NCBI GenBank assembly: GCA_046597065.1
Contig: JBKJLI010000003.1
Span: 2,807 to 66,806, forward strand
Reading direction: 5' to 3'
From: Candidatus Saccharimonadia bacterium
GTDB taxonomy: Bacteria; Patescibacteriota; Saccharimonadia; UBA4664; SCTI01
Length of the DNA stretch: 64,000 bases
This document shows, one piece after another, positions 11,852-21,715 of this stretch; position 1 is the first letter of the stretch; each line of letters starts with the position of its first letter. The notes below the pieces were generated by a model. It saw nothing but the letters and a program-made list of their open reading frames with translations. It did not search any database and was not told the origin of the DNA. Made by a program: the position numbers and the translations under genes.

Positions 11852-12632
11852 AAATTTCCAATTTAGATAGGGGCAACTTTAATTCAAAAGTTGTTTTGCC
11901 CTTTTGACTATAATCAAGTTTTATTTCTCCAGAGAAATCATTTTCAATATAGTTTTTTGCCATTGTTAATCCTATGCCAATTCCGCAACCCTGTTTTCTA
12001 GCTGAACAAAATGGCTCAAATATGGTTTTGCGCGAACTTATTGGAACTCCTCCAGCGCTATCGGTTATTTTGATAAAAAGATGTTGGTCCTTAGTTTCAG
12101 TTGCGACCATAACAACCCTTGGCTTAGTGCCGCTAGCTGGGTATGCGTCAATTGCATTGGCGATCAAGTTTGCTACTACTTTGTTAAACTTAACCGGATC
12201 TCCGAAAAGTCTTACACCGTCACCATTACTCTGGATTACAACACCACTATGCCGTGCCTTATACCCGAGTACTTCTACGACTCGCTTAATCTCTTGTTCG
12301 ACTTCAAAAAACTGTTGGTCACTTTTACCTTGAAGTTGAATCCTTAAGGCTCCAACGTATCTTTCGATGCACTTTAATGACATTTTGGCTTCTGTTAATT
12401 CGGCGCTCTTCACCTTATCTTCCAAACTCTCGATATTTGCCGATAAGGCCACCAATGGATTAGCAATATCATGGACTAGGCCCGAAGTTAATCGGCCAAA
12501 CTCAGCATAAATGTGAATCTCTTTATCTACGATCAAATAGGCTTTAAGCAAGGGATCTACCTTTATATAGATTAACCAAGCCGTCAGCGTGATAAATATC
12601 AGAGTTACTCCAAATGTGATGACATCGAACAT
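11844..12632 (-). CDS. Sensor histidine kinase (minimal sensor domain)
   Basis: Single N-terminal TM, H-box LVHDIANPL, N box NLIANAIDA, G boxes DSAGG and GCGIGIGL. Confidence 0.75.
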   Translation of the reverse strand: MFDVITFGVTLIFITLTAWLIYIKVDPLLKAYLIVDKEIHIYAEFGRLTSGLVHDIANPLVALSANIESLEDKVKSAELTEAKMSLKCIERYVGALRIQLQGKSDQQFFEVEQEIKRVVEVLGYKARHSGVVIQSNGDGVRLFGDPVKFNKVVANLIANAIDAYPASGTKPRVVMVATETKDQHLFIKITDSAGGVPISSRKTIFEPFCSARKQGCGIGIGLTMAKNYIENDFSGEIKLDYSQKGKTTFELKLPLSKLEIST

Positions 12633-12655
12633 TTTTGATACTCATACAATCCGGC

Positions 12656-13360
12656 TCATGCCACCAGTTGTTTAGTGTTATTGGCTCTAACATTAGGATC
12701 TAACTTATAGCCAATACCATGTATGGTTTGAATTAACTTGATTTCAAAAGGTCGATCAACTTTGTCTCGCAAGTATTTGATGTGTACATCGATTGCATTG
12801 GTCCAAAGATTATCATTCATATCCCATACGTGATCTAATATCATCTGCCGGGTTAAAGACTTGCCGTTATTAAGCATCAGATACTCTAGTAAATCAAACT
12901 CTTTGCGCCTTAAACTTAGCTCGATGCCATCTCTTGAGCAGGTACGGTTAGCCGAATCCAAGATTAAGCCTCCAACTGATATTTCGCTGGAGGTTATGTT
13001 AGCACTTTCGCGTCTTAGAAGGGCTCGAATTCTAGCCTTCAACTCTTCAAGGCTGAATGGTTTTGTTAGGTAATCATCCGCACCCAAATCTAATAGTGAA
13101 ACCTTTTCATCAATCTCGACCATGCCCGTTAATATAAGGATTGGAGTTGAGTTACCATTTGATCGTAAGTCTTTACAAACTGATTTGCCTGGCTTATCTG
13201 GCAGGTCAAGGTCCAGTAAAATTACATCGTACTCACTAGTATCTAGGTAGCTATAACCTTCTTCCGCTGTTGCCGCGGCGTCAATTATATAGCTGTTTCT
13301 AAGCCCTCTTTTTAATGCGGAGCTCACATATTTATCATCTTCAATGAGTAAAATTCTCAT
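12656..13360 (-). CDS. OmpR-family response regulator (REC + winged-helix)
   Basis: MRILLIEDD...DVILLDLDLPD receiver domain. C-terminal trans_reg_C helix (TRQMILDHVWD...IHGIGYKL). Confidence 0.85.
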   Translation of the reverse strand: MRILLIEDDKYVSSALKRGLRNSYIIDAAATAEEGYSYLDTSEYDVILLDLDLPDKPGKSVCKDLRSNGNSTPILILTGMVEIDEKVSLLDLGADDYLTKPFSLEELKARIRALLRRESANITSSEISVGGLILDSANRTCSRDGIELSLRRKEFDLLEYLMLNNGKSLTRQMILDHVWDMNDNLWTNAIDVHIKYLRDKVDRPFEIKLIQTIHGIGYKLDPNVRANNTKQLVA

Positions 13361-13614
13361 GATTGCCTTTCCTTAATGTTATTGTGGCAGCCCATTGTTA
13401 AATATTTATTAAATTCTTTCCTTGTTATTCTATTGCCTCCCACATGAGCTGTTCATATTGCGATAATACAGATTGAAGATTAATTATTCCTTTACTATGC
13501 CACTTTTTATAAACTGTTAAGTAAATAAAAAACGCCTATCGCGCTTTTTTCTTAACATAAACAATACAGATTAGACTAGATAATACTCATAATGATTAGT
13601 GAAGCAGAGTTAGC

Positions 13615-13899
13615 CTACAGGACTGAATGAAGCCATAAAAAGGTCAGGGCCCCAACAGCCATTACGCCGCGAATTGATTCTAATACTAGGGTCTGACCGG
13701 TATGGCGGGCATTGGCCAAAACGATAATGCCAATGGCGCCGACTAAATTCAAAAAGTGATACCAAGCACTATCAACCGAAATCGCATTAAAAGTTGTTAA
13801 ACCGTAAGCGAGCAATATTGCAAACGCTCCAATCCAGCCGATTTCATCTATTATGCGATTCTTGGCACTTTTACTCATAGCGTAATCATACCAAAGCAT
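13615..13899 (-). CDS. Small integral membrane protein (hypothetical, 3 TM)
   Basis: 94 aa with three hydrophobic helices. No recognisable motif. Confidence 0.35.
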   Translation of the reverse strand: MLWYDYAMSKSAKNRIIDEIGWIGAFAILLAYGLTTFNAISVDSAWYHFLNLVGAIGIIVLANARHTGQTLVLESIRGVMAVGALTFLWLHSVL

Positions 13900-13929
13900 A
13901 AGCAGTTACCCAGTAAGTTATAATATTTA

Positions 13930-15165
13930 TTGAATAATTTAATACTCAATCAACCAAGGAGCCGCGTGGCCACCCCTAAATCTGCAGACCATTCCCGACC
14001 ATACTTGGTAATCCCAAAACTAATTGAACAGCCTACTTGGGGTGGCAGCTACATAGCCACAGCCAAGGGCTGGCACAGTCGTCCGCTACTGGCTAATCGT
14101 AAGATTGGACAGTCCTATGAGCTATTTTCTGGCAGCAACCTGTCGCTGGCTAAGGACTCTAGGGACTTAAATTTTATCGGCGAACTAACCGATCGAGACG
14201 CCGTGCAACTCCCGACAAAGGTTTCAAAAACCGTTTCATTAGCCGACCTATTAGCGATATCGCCGACTGAAGTACTTGGCAAAACCATTGCCAAACGCAC
14301 TGGCAACCAGATGCAACTATTAATTAAGTTTACTCAAGCTAGGGGAAATTCATTCCAGCTACACCTAAAAGACGGTGAATCTCACCCCCGATGGACTCCT
14401 AAACCCGAGTCATGGTACTTTTTTGAACCCGGCATTGCCACGCTGGGAGTTAAGCAGAATATCGACTGGCAAGCCTACGAAAGCGCAACCTACCAACTAG
14501 ATCAGGACATTAGATCTATCGGGCACAGGCTGGCATGCAATGAAATAAGCCATGCCAAAGCACTGAAAGAAGTTAATGAACACCTCAACGCAACCAACCC
14601 CCATCAACACGTAAACTTGGTTCATGTACCCAAGAACCAGTTACTAGATTTAACCGCCGGTGGAGTTCATCATTCCTGGGAGGAAGACGACCAAGCGGCG
14701 CCACTGGGAAATGTTTTATATGAGCTACAGTTAGAGGCTATGGATGATGTTTCAACTCTGCGAAGCTTTGATAAGGGGCAAATGGGGCCAGACGGATCCA
14801 CGCGAGATCTGCACATTAAAGATTATTTCGATATTATTGATCGCTCACCTGCTGCTAACGAACCAAAAACCTACCTGCGCCAACCACAGCAAATTATTAC
14901 CGGCAGCGATTATACTCTCGACCAGCTAATGAACAGCTCCTATTATGGCCTCGACCGTCTTAACTTCCACGATTCCAAAGCCATATATACTCGCAATATT
15001 GATCAGTTTAACCACGTATTCGTTAAAAATGGTCGGATTAAACTTTCAGCTGGCGATGTTGAACTAACTATTACCGGCGGGCATTCAGCTTTCATACCGG
15101 CAGTAGTCAAAAATTACGCTATCAGTGCCCAAACTCCCGACACTGAAGTATTAATTAGTTACTGA
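13930..15165 (+). CDS. Cupin-fold sugar isomerase-like protein, possible type I phosphomannose isomerase
   Basis: PTWGGSY near the N-terminus and a QLHLKDGESHP region loosely resemble the PMI WG motif and QVHP(N)..E metal-binding motif. Context with manC/gmd/fcl in this window supports a GDP-mannose route. Assignment is weak. Confidence 0.3.
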   Translation: MNNLILNQPRSRVATPKSADHSRPYLVIPKLIEQPTWGGSYIATAKGWHSRPLLANRKIGQSYELFSGSNLSLAKDSRDLNFIGELTDRDAVQLPTKVSKTVSLADLLAISPTEVLGKTIAKRTGNQMQLLIKFTQARGNSFQLHLKDGESHPRWTPKPESWYFFEPGIATLGVKQNIDWQAYESATYQLDQDIRSIGHRLACNEISHAKALKEVNEHLNATNPHQHVNLVHVPKNQLLDLTAGGVHHSWEEDDQAAPLGNVLYELQLEAMDDVSTLRSFDKGQMGPDGSTRDLHIKDYFDIIDRSPAANEPKTYLRQPQQIITGSDYTLDQLMNSSYYGLDRLNFHDSKAIYTRNIDQFNHVFVKNGRIKLSAGDVELTITGGHSAFIPAVVKNYAISAQTPDTEVLISY

Positions 15166-15189
15166 GTTATAATCATAAATAGGAATTTT

Positions 15190-15756
15190 ATGGATACATC
15201 AAGATTAGAGGCATTCAGCGACGGCGTACTAGCAATAATCATTACCATCATGGTGCTCGAAATTGTACCCCCCGGTGGTCATGATTTAAATGACTGGCAG
15301 GCCGTTGTACCCAAGCTAGTTGCCTACGTGTTTAGCTTTTTGGTCATCGCCATTTATTGGAACAACCATCACCACCTACTTAAAGCCACAAAAAATATCT
15401 CGACCGGTGTAATGTGGGCCAATATGCATCTGCTATTTTGGCTTTCTTTGGTTCCGGTTGCTACCGTTTGGGTCGGCGAGCATGAAAACTATTTGCACCA
15501 GGGCCCAGTAGCATTTTACGCATTCATTGGTTTTATGGCAGGAAGTGCATATTACATTCTGACCCGTACAATCATTAAGGCTAACCCAAGCAGCGACCTA
15601 TTGGTTAGGATCGGTAAAGACAAAAAAGGTTTGATAACTGAAATGATTTACCTCCTTAGCTTGATCATTGTTCTGTTTCAGCCTGTAATTTCGTTGGTGC
15701 TAATTGCCATGTCGGCACTAATCTGGCTGATACCCGACCGACGGCTAACCAGATAA
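15190..15756 (+). CDS. TMEM175/DUF1211-family potassium channel
   Basis: N-terminus RLEAFSDGVLAIIITIMVLEI matches the family-defining RxxxFSDGVFAIAxTLLVLE signature. 6 TM. Confidence 0.7.
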   Translation: MDTSRLEAFSDGVLAIIITIMVLEIVPPGGHDLNDWQAVVPKLVAYVFSFLVIAIYWNNHHHLLKATKNISTGVMWANMHLLFWLSLVPVATVWVGEHENYLHQGPVAFYAFIGFMAGSAYYILTRTIIKANPSSDLLVRIGKDKKGLITEMIYLLSLIIVLFQPVISLVLIAMSALIWLIPDRRLTR

Positions 15757-15766
15757 TTGATAAAAA

Positions 15767-16684
15767 CTATTTCCCGTATGGATCGTCGGGCATACTTAAG
15801 GCTTTACCTTTTTTGAACTGCTTTTGTTCGGCACCAATTACGGCTTTGTAAAAAAAGTCATCATAGCCCTTTTTGGCAACGTTGGGAGTTATTGGATAGT
15901 TCATTCGCAAAATAAAGGTCGTTATTTTAAAACCCAAACGCTGATGCGGACCAAATCTTAAGTGATACATTCGGCGGATCGGCTTTGGTAAAACGCCTAG
16001 TAAAATAATGTTCATGATGCCCCGCAGCGGCAAAGCTATAACCGGTACTGGCACATTAAAGCAAATTTGCTTGCCCACCCTGCGGGCCGATTTGGTAAGT
16101 GCCAGTTCATCGCCATGCAGTCGGCCGTTAAAATACTCCCGAAACTCTGGGTAAGTCTGCGGCGCTACCGAACGCGGCATACCGAACAGTTCGCCCAAAT
16201 AAATATAGTCCTGCCACAGCCGTTCTTTTTCATCATCAGTTAACTCGCGCACCAGCAGCTCAAATAGCACCAACGCCGAATCGGCAATGCAGGCTATCGT
16301 CCATAGCATCATGCTGGGATCAAAAGCCGAGTAATGCGTGCCGGCCTGATAGCCACCAACCTCTTTAATCAACTCACCTTTTACACGCGTATGAAGCTCC
16401 GCCACATGCTTTAGCAATGCATCGGCTGTAGCTTTATCACCAAAAAAGACCGCTTCAAACGATTCGGCGGTGCGGGCCAGCCTTTTAAAAGGTAAGTGTC
16501 GATCGCGCGTATGCTCATTTGACCCAACATAGTTACGCGGGTCGGTACCTCCAATTAATAAAGCGCGTTGGCCATATAGTAGCCCAACGATCCTATTAGA
16601 ATGCACCAGCCGCAACATCGATGTCGCTTCCGGAAAATAACCGGCGGCGGTTGGGGTTTTAGATGCAGTTTGGTGATTTTTCAT
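15767..16684 (-). CDS. DUF2236 (MpaB/LatA-like oxygenase) domain protein
   Basis: LLYGQRALLIGGTDPRNYVGSNEHT...ESFEAVFFG resembles the DUF2236 ER-bound oxygenase fold. Assignment is modest. Confidence 0.35.
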   Translation of the reverse strand: MKNHQTASKTPTAAGYFPEATSMLRLVHSNRIVGLLYGQRALLIGGTDPRNYVGSNEHTRDRHLPFKRLARTAESFEAVFFGDKATADALLKHVAELHTRVKGELIKEVGGYQAGTHYSAFDPSMMLWTIACIADSALVLFELLVRELTDDEKERLWQDYIYLGELFGMPRSVAPQTYPEFREYFNGRLHGDELALTKSARRVGKQICFNVPVPVIALPLRGIMNIILLGVLPKPIRRMYHLRFGPHQRLGFKITTFILRMNYPITPNVAKKGYDDFFYKAVIGAEQKQFKKGKALSMPDDPYGK

Positions 16685-16690
16685 GGCTAT

Positions 16691-17833
16691 CTATTTTTTC
16701 ATCAACGCCCAAACCCGACGGGCTATTTCGCCGGCTTCGTCGGTTGCAACCACAAGTACCGGCTTCGCTGCATTGGCATCTGGCGATAATCCCAGATAGC
16801 TTAAACCGTTCATTATATGGTGGCGTAAGATTGCCGATCGCTCGCCAATAGTTCCAGTAAATACCACAGCATCAACGCCATCTAGCGCAGCCACCATCTG
16901 ACCGATCATTTTTTGGATAGAGTAAACATAAATGCTTAGTTGCAAGCGGGCTTTTGGCTCGCCGGCATGGTTGCGATCAAGCAAATCGCGTAAGTCAGCT
17001 GAAAGCCCAGTTAGCCCCAACAAACCGGAATTGGTACTAAGATACTTTTCTAAACCATCGTCACTTAAATTTAAATGCTGCTTAATCGCCAAGGCCGCCG
17101 ATATATCCAGACTGCCACTGCGCGTGGCCATGATCAACCCCTCTAGTGGTGAGTACCCCATGCTGGTATCAACACTTTTGCCGTCACGAAGTGCCGTCAC
17201 GCTAGAGCCGCTTCCAAGATGGCAAACCACCAACTTTGACGCCAGTTGATGTTCGGCTTGCAGTTTAAGCACCACTGCGGCAACCGAAATGCCATGATAG
17301 CCATAGCGCTTAATACCCGCCTCACTTGCCAGACCCATGGGTACGCCATAATACCAGGCCGGCGAGGCTTTAGTTAAATGAAAGGCGCTATCAGAAATAC
17401 CATAAAAGTTCGCCCCTCTAAACTCACTCTGCAAAGCTTTGAGCTCGCGAAGTGTCGCCTCGATATGTAATGGGGCTTGCTCATGGGCAGCTTTAAGCTG
17501 ATCATGAACGTGCTGGGTAATCAAATGGTCTTGAGTAAAAAAGTCCCCTGGCGCTACCACTCTTAAACCAATGTGATCAACACTTTTATCATCGCCCACT
17601 CCCGCATACTTTTCGAGCAGCGCCGGCAGCACTCGTGCCGCCTGTTTAACGCTTTCAAGCTTGGTTCCAATAGTTTTTTTAAGTCTTGGCGAACGCAGGT
17701 TGCAAACTACCTGCTTACCGACATTTTCAAAATGCAGCTCCAGAAGACTTTGCTCATCGCCTCCGCGGTATAGCGCATACTTGCAGCTGGCGCTACCAGG
17801 ATTAGAAACTAAAATTAACCCCGCCACTGCCAC
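16691..17833 (-). CDS. ackA: Acetate kinase
   Basis: ASKHA-fold signature at N-terminus (ILVSNPGSASCKYALY), VVCHLGSGSSV, and a C-terminal ...VFTGTIGERSA region. Confidence 0.85.
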   Translation of the reverse strand: MAVAGLILVSNPGSASCKYALYRGGDEQSLLELHFENVGKQVVCNLRSPRLKKTIGTKLESVKQAARVLPALLEKYAGVGDDKSVDHIGLRVVAPGDFFTQDHLITQHVHDQLKAAHEQAPLHIEATLRELKALQSEFRGANFYGISDSAFHLTKASPAWYYGVPMGLASEAGIKRYGYHGISVAAVVLKLQAEHQLASKLVVCHLGSGSSVTALRDGKSVDTSMGYSPLEGLIMATRSGSLDISAALAIKQHLNLSDDGLEKYLSTNSGLLGLTGLSADLRDLLDRNHAGEPKARLQLSIYVYSIQKMIGQMVAALDGVDAVVFTGTIGERSAILRHHIMNGLSYLGLSPDANAAKPVLVVATDEAGEIARRVWALMKK

Positions 17834-20145
17834 GCGTCGATCCCGGGCATATCGATGCCATTAATTTTTATATACTCGGTGTTCTCATCGATCATCTGCT
17901 GGTACTTAGACACCAAATGGCGCGACTCTTCAAAGGGCATGCGCTCTTGTTCGGCTAACTTTTCAAAAATGGCGATCGCAATGTGGTAGCGACTAGTGCG
18001 ATTACGCACATGCATGTCAAACGGGGTAGTAGTCGAGCCACTTTCTACATAGCCGCGCACATCAAAGCGATTTGGGTGATGGGTGTAGTTAAACAGAATT
18101 GCTTTAAAGGTTTCGGGATAGCCGTGAAAGTTGCAAATTACCGGCTTGGTGGCGGTAAAGCAGGCCTCAAACTCCTCACGATTTAAGATTGAGCCGCCTT
18201 GGCCCAAGCCGGTACTTGTCAGCGAACTAACGTTGACGCAGCGCAAGCGCGCAGCCGGTACTTCTTGTTTAGCCAGAGCAATTGCTGCCAATATTTCTTT
18301 GGTGGTGTAGTCGCCGATCCCAGCCAGAACCACGTCGGGGTGCTCATCGCTCGCGAAATCCCAAATCATTACCCCTGCCTTTAGTTGTTTACGAGCTAGA
18401 TCAGGAGTTAACCAGCGTGGCTCTTGGGTTTTACCAGCTACCAAAATGTTAATCTGTCGGGTGGTTTGTAGCATGTGCTCTAGCACCACTAAGGTTGAGT
18501 TGCCGCAGGGTGGAAAGTATACGTTTACAAAGTCGCCTTGACGTCGCAAGGCGTCATCAATAAAGCCGGGGTTTTGGTGTGAAAAGCCATTGTGGTCTTG
18601 GCGCCAACCCGAGGATGTCAAAATGTAGTTAAGCGAGGGGATGGCCCCGCGCCACTGCACCTGTATAGACTGGTTTAAAAACTTGGCAAACTGGTCCATC
18701 ATACTTACCACTACCTGCACAAAGGCCTCATAAGAGGCAAAAACGGCATGTCGACCGGTTAGCACGTAACCTTGAGCCAAGCCCTGCAAGTTATGCTCGC
18801 TTAACATCTCCATTACCCGTCCATCTGGCGCCATATCTTTATCCCACGACTCGCTAGGCCACACCCAGGCCCTTTTGGTTTGACCAAAAACCGCATCTAA
18901 CTTGTTTGAATAAGTTTCATCTGGTGACATCATCCGAAAATTTTTGGTGGCATGATTTAAGCGAAAGACTTCTTCTAAATACAGGCCGGCCCGGCGCATA
19001 CTACTAGAGCCAACCGTACCCGGAATGCTTGCATCTTCGGCAAACTTGTCGGCAGCCGGAAGCTTTAACGGGGTATAAATACCCTCTCCGCCATTAGCAT
19101 ATGGCCGGTTTCCAATGCGTAAACTTTCGGCTGGCATGATGGCATCTACAAACTCGCCAAAACCGTGCGACCGCGTAAACAGCTCCTCGATTTTGTACGA
19201 GCGCAGCCATTGATCTAACATTTTTAACTGTTTTGGGTCGCTCTTGGCTTCAGTTAAGACAACTTGGTGCGAGGCGTAGTTGCCCTCAATTTTTAAGCCA
19301 TCCAATTCCTTAACGCCGCTCCAACCCTTAAGCGTTCGCATAATGATCATGGGCATATGCACCGGTTGGCCGGGCTTGGTGCCCTTAATCACTTGAATTG
19401 TGGCATGAGCCCAATCTAAGGTAGCTTCCATTTGAGTATGTAAATCGTTACCGCTAACTATCCGTGGTTGATAGCCGTAACCGCTAAATAATGAAGTTAG
19501 TTCCTCGTCGCTCATACGCCCAAAAATGGTTGGCGCCGAAATTTTATAGCCATTTAAATGCAGAATTGGCAGTACCGCTCCGTTAGTTCGGGGGTCTATT
19601 AGCTTATTTAAATGCCAAGCACCAGCCGCTGGCCCAGTTTCGGCCTCACCGTCACCTACCAGACAGGCAACTAACAGTTCCGGCCGGTCCATGGCGGCTC
19701 CATAGGCATTTGATAACGAATAGCCTAACTCGCCGCCCTCTAAAATCACTCCAGGCGTACCGGGGTTACTATGGCTAGGAAAGCCGTAGGGCCAGCTAAA
19801 CTTACGGCATAAATAACCAATGCCTTCATAGGTGTTAGTGGCCTCCGGATAATAATTTTGCAAAGTGCCTTCCATAAACAAATTGGCTTGCAGCGCCGGA
19901 AAGGCGTGTCCGGGGCCCAATACAAACATTGAATCTTGATTGTGCTTTTTAACCAGCCGGCTTAAATGGCTGTATGCAAAACTAACACCGGGCCCGGAGC
20001 CCCAGTGGCCAAGCAAGCGCGGCTTGATGTGCTCGGCTTTAAGTGGCTGTTCTAGTAAAAAATTATCTTGCAGAAATATTTGAGCCGCCGTTAAGTAGTT
20101 GGCCGCCCGTAAATACTTTTCTAATGATTGCTTTGAATCTGACAT
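17815..20145 (-). CDS. xfp: Xylulose-5-phosphate/fructose-6-phosphate phosphoketolase (TPP-dependent)
   Basis: 776 aa with N-terminal motif HIKPRLLGHWGSGPG. Typical XFP length and conserved blocks. Overlaps ackA by 19 nt, consistent with an operon. Confidence 0.9.
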   Translation of the reverse strand: MSDSKQSLEKYLRAANYLTAAQIFLQDNFLLEQPLKAEHIKPRLLGHWGSGPGVSFAYSHLSRLVKKHNQDSMFVLGPGHAFPALQANLFMEGTLQNYYPEATNTYEGIGYLCRKFSWPYGFPSHSNPGTPGVILEGGELGYSLSNAYGAAMDRPELLVACLVGDGEAETGPAAGAWHLNKLIDPRTNGAVLPILHLNGYKISAPTIFGRMSDEELTSLFSGYGYQPRIVSGNDLHTQMEATLDWAHATIQVIKGTKPGQPVHMPMIIMRTLKGWSGVKELDGLKIEGNYASHQVVLTEAKSDPKQLKMLDQWLRSYKIEELFTRSHGFGEFVDAIMPAESLRIGNRPYANGGEGIYTPLKLPAADKFAEDASIPGTVGSSSMRRAGLYLEEVFRLNHATKNFRMMSPDETYSNKLDAVFGQTKRAWVWPSESWDKDMAPDGRVMEMLSEHNLQGLAQGYVLTGRHAVFASYEAFVQVVVSMMDQFAKFLNQSIQVQWRGAIPSLNYILTSSGWRQDHNGFSHQNPGFIDDALRRQGDFVNVYFPPCGNSTLVVLEHMLQTTRQINILVAGKTQEPRWLTPDLARKQLKAGVMIWDFASDEHPDVVLAGIGDYTTKEILAAIALAKQEVPAARLRCVNVSSLTSTGLGQGGSILNREEFEACFTATKPVICNFHGYPETFKAILFNYTHHPNRFDVRGYVESGSTTTPFDMHVRNRTSRYHIAIAIFEKLAEQERMPFEESRHLVSKYQQMIDENTEYIKINGIDMPGIDAWQWRG

Positions 20146-20151
20146 GCTTAT

Positions 20152-20185
20152 GCTTATTGTAGTTAGCTATTAGGTTGCTAGCAAC
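20152..20185 (-). promoter_or_regulatory. Putative xfp-ackA promoter: -35 TTGCTA, 17 nt spacer, -10 TACAAT, embedded in the perfect 12-bp palindrome GTTGCTAGCAAC (20174..20185)
   Basis: Read on the minus strand: GTTGCTAGCAACCTAATAGCTAACTACAATAAGCATAAGC then ATG. The palindrome is self-complementary and overlaps the -35. Confidence 0.4.
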
Positions 20186-20206
20186 TGACAACATGCACGT
20201 AGGGGC

Positions 20207-20482
20207 CTAAGTAAAATGGCCTACAAGCAACCCAAGCATCACAATTACCCCTAAAAGACGGCGTGCAAGCGTGCTGCCGTCACTAATTTCTAGATATGCC
20301 CAAGTAAACAGAAAAGCTGCGCCCAGCCAACCAATGCCGTTTTTTAAGCTTCCGTCTGCTAAAAAGCGTACCAATATTGCGCACATAGCCCAGCCTATTA
20401 TTGGAGCATTCGGGCTTTGAGTCACCACCACCTTGCCATGCTTGTCTTTAAATAGGCGATCAAACCAGCTTTTGGCTGCCAC
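20207..20482 (-). CDS. Small membrane protein (hypothetical, 2-3 TM)
   Basis: 91 aa, hydrophobic. Start/stop overlaps the downstream gene. Confidence 0.35.
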   Translation of the reverse strand: MAAKSWFDRLFKDKHGKVVVTQSPNAPIIGWAMCAILVRFLADGSLKNGIGWLGAAFLFTWAYLEISDGSTLARRLLGVIVMLGLLVGHFT

Positions 20483-21435
20483 TAGTTACCTTCTACAATC
20501 GGCTTTATCTCCTCGTTAAAGATTTTTGAAACCATTTCGGTGTAAGTGGCAATGTTTTCTTTAAAATACTGGGGCTGACTTTTTTGAATCTGAGAAATGG
20601 TGTAATAACCAACCGCCATCATCGCGCCATAACCGGCATTTTCGGGCAGAGGCACATAAAAGCGATTTTCGGGCTTACCCCAAGTTGTGTTTTCCTCGCC
20701 AAAGCTAATAAACAACTCATCCGATGGCGCTACAGTTGTGGCATGTCGAACATTTTCAGAGGTTTCAATGTCTCTAGCGATATTGCGTCCAAATAGCTCA
20801 ATAAACTTTACGTGCAACATTCGAATAATGCCCGAAAACTGCGGCGGAATAATTAAGTAATATTTGTTGTAGCTACCAAACTCCGGCCAGTTTAGTTTAT
20901 CGGTTGAATCCAGCAGATATTTTTCGATCTCAGCCGGATCTTCGCCAGTTTCAGATAAGATCATGCCCATATAGGTAGATGCGTTATAGGTGTATGGTTC
21001 GCGGTTCTTGGGGTAGATATACTGCGCTAAATCCTCGGGCTTAGCAAAAACCTTGCTAGCCGGTGAATCGGGCGTATTGGTTATGAGCGTTACGTGTTTG
21101 CCGTATTTCTGAGCAGTCCGGGCAATGATTGGGGCATGCTTACCCCCAGATGCCGATAATAGTACTACTTCATCGATGTCTTTAATAAACTTAAGTTTTT
21201 CCTCAACATCACTTTCCGATGCATATAAAGCATTGGTGTCGCGAAAAATGATCTGACCGGCCGCCACAGCGTTACCCGAACCCACCACCAATGGCAGCTT
21301 ATAGGCATCAAGCTCCAACTTTGACAGCGGCTTTTGCTGAAACAGCTCAAGTGCCGCCAGCACAACCACATCTAAATCTGGGATCGAGTTTATGTCAAAG
21401 TTTTTTAAGGTTTCAATATGTGATGATTCTGCCAT
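20482..21435 (-). CDS. SIS (sugar isomerase/phosphosugar-binding) domain protein
   Basis: LPLVVGSGNAVAAGQIIF and VVLLSASGGKHAPIIARTAQKYGKHVTLITN resemble the SIS-domain nucleotide-fold motifs seen in GmhA/KpsF/hexulose-6-P isomerase. Confidence 0.4.
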   Translation of the reverse strand: MAESSHIETLKNFDINSIPDLDVVVLAALELFQQKPLSKLELDAYKLPLVVGSGNAVAAGQIIFRDTNALYASESDVEEKLKFIKDIDEVVLLSASGGKHAPIIARTAQKYGKHVTLITNTPDSPASKVFAKPEDLAQYIYPKNREPYTYNASTYMGMILSETGEDPAEIEKYLLDSTDKLNWPEFGSYNKYYLIIPPQFSGIIRMLHVKFIELFGRNIARDIETSENVRHATTVAPSDELFISFGEENTTWGKPENRFYVPLPENAGYGAMMAVGYYTISQIQKSQPQYFKENIATYTEMVSKIFNEEIKPIVEGN

Positions 21436-21467
21436 TTAGTTATTATACCAATCGCCTGGGCTACTAG

Positions 21468-21656
21468 CTAAGTAATGTTCAAAAAGCCAAGTAGGTGGTA
21501 AACCACAAGCGCCGGCCACACCAAAGCCTCGAAAAAACCTCCCAAAAAAGCCCAGAAATTGTGGGCATGCTGGATAAAGTAAACCAGGGCACCAATAAAA
21601 CCAAGGCCGTAAACTGCGCCTCCTCCAGCTGCTTGTGATTTGTGCATACGTGACAT
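21468..21656 (-). CDS. Small two-TM membrane protein (hypothetical)
   Basis: 62 aa, Gly-rich N-terminus, two helices. RBS AAGAGG lies 9 nt upstream. Confidence 0.35.
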   Translation of the reverse strand: MSRMHKSQAAGGGAVYGLGFIGALVYFIQHAHNFWAFLGGFFEALVWPALVVYHLLGFLNIT

Positions 21657-21683
21657 AACAATTACCTCTTATACATTAAGTTT

Positions 21684-21715
21684 GCTCCAGCTAAAATTGA
21701 AACGCAAGCTGGAGC
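21684..21715 (-). terminator. Perfect 9-bp-stem hairpin (GCTCCAGCT / 14-nt loop / AGCTGGAGC) abutting the stop codon of the YdeI-like gene
   Basis: Arms are exact reverse complements. No downstream U-tract, so it may be a stabiliser or attenuator rather than a classical intrinsic terminator. Confidence 0.3.

Noticed and set aside
11870-11905. Hairpin GGGCAA...TTGCCC+TTTT as intrinsic terminator for dsbB-dsbA
   Set aside because: It lies inside the C-terminal codons of the convergent histidine-kinase ORF. It may still function on the plus strand, but the evidence is too weak and the stem too short and bulged to call.
13361-13614. AT-rich 254-nt gap upstream of the response regulator as a mobile element scar or small RNA
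   Set aside because: No repeats, ORF or structure beyond a weak A6-GCGC..GCG-T6 hairpin. Most simply the promoter region of the two-component operon.
20150-20170. aagcataagc upstream of xfp as a seventh copy of the cassette leader (shares AAGCATAAG)
   Set aside because: Only a 9-mer match with no flanking co-linearity. Most likely chance.
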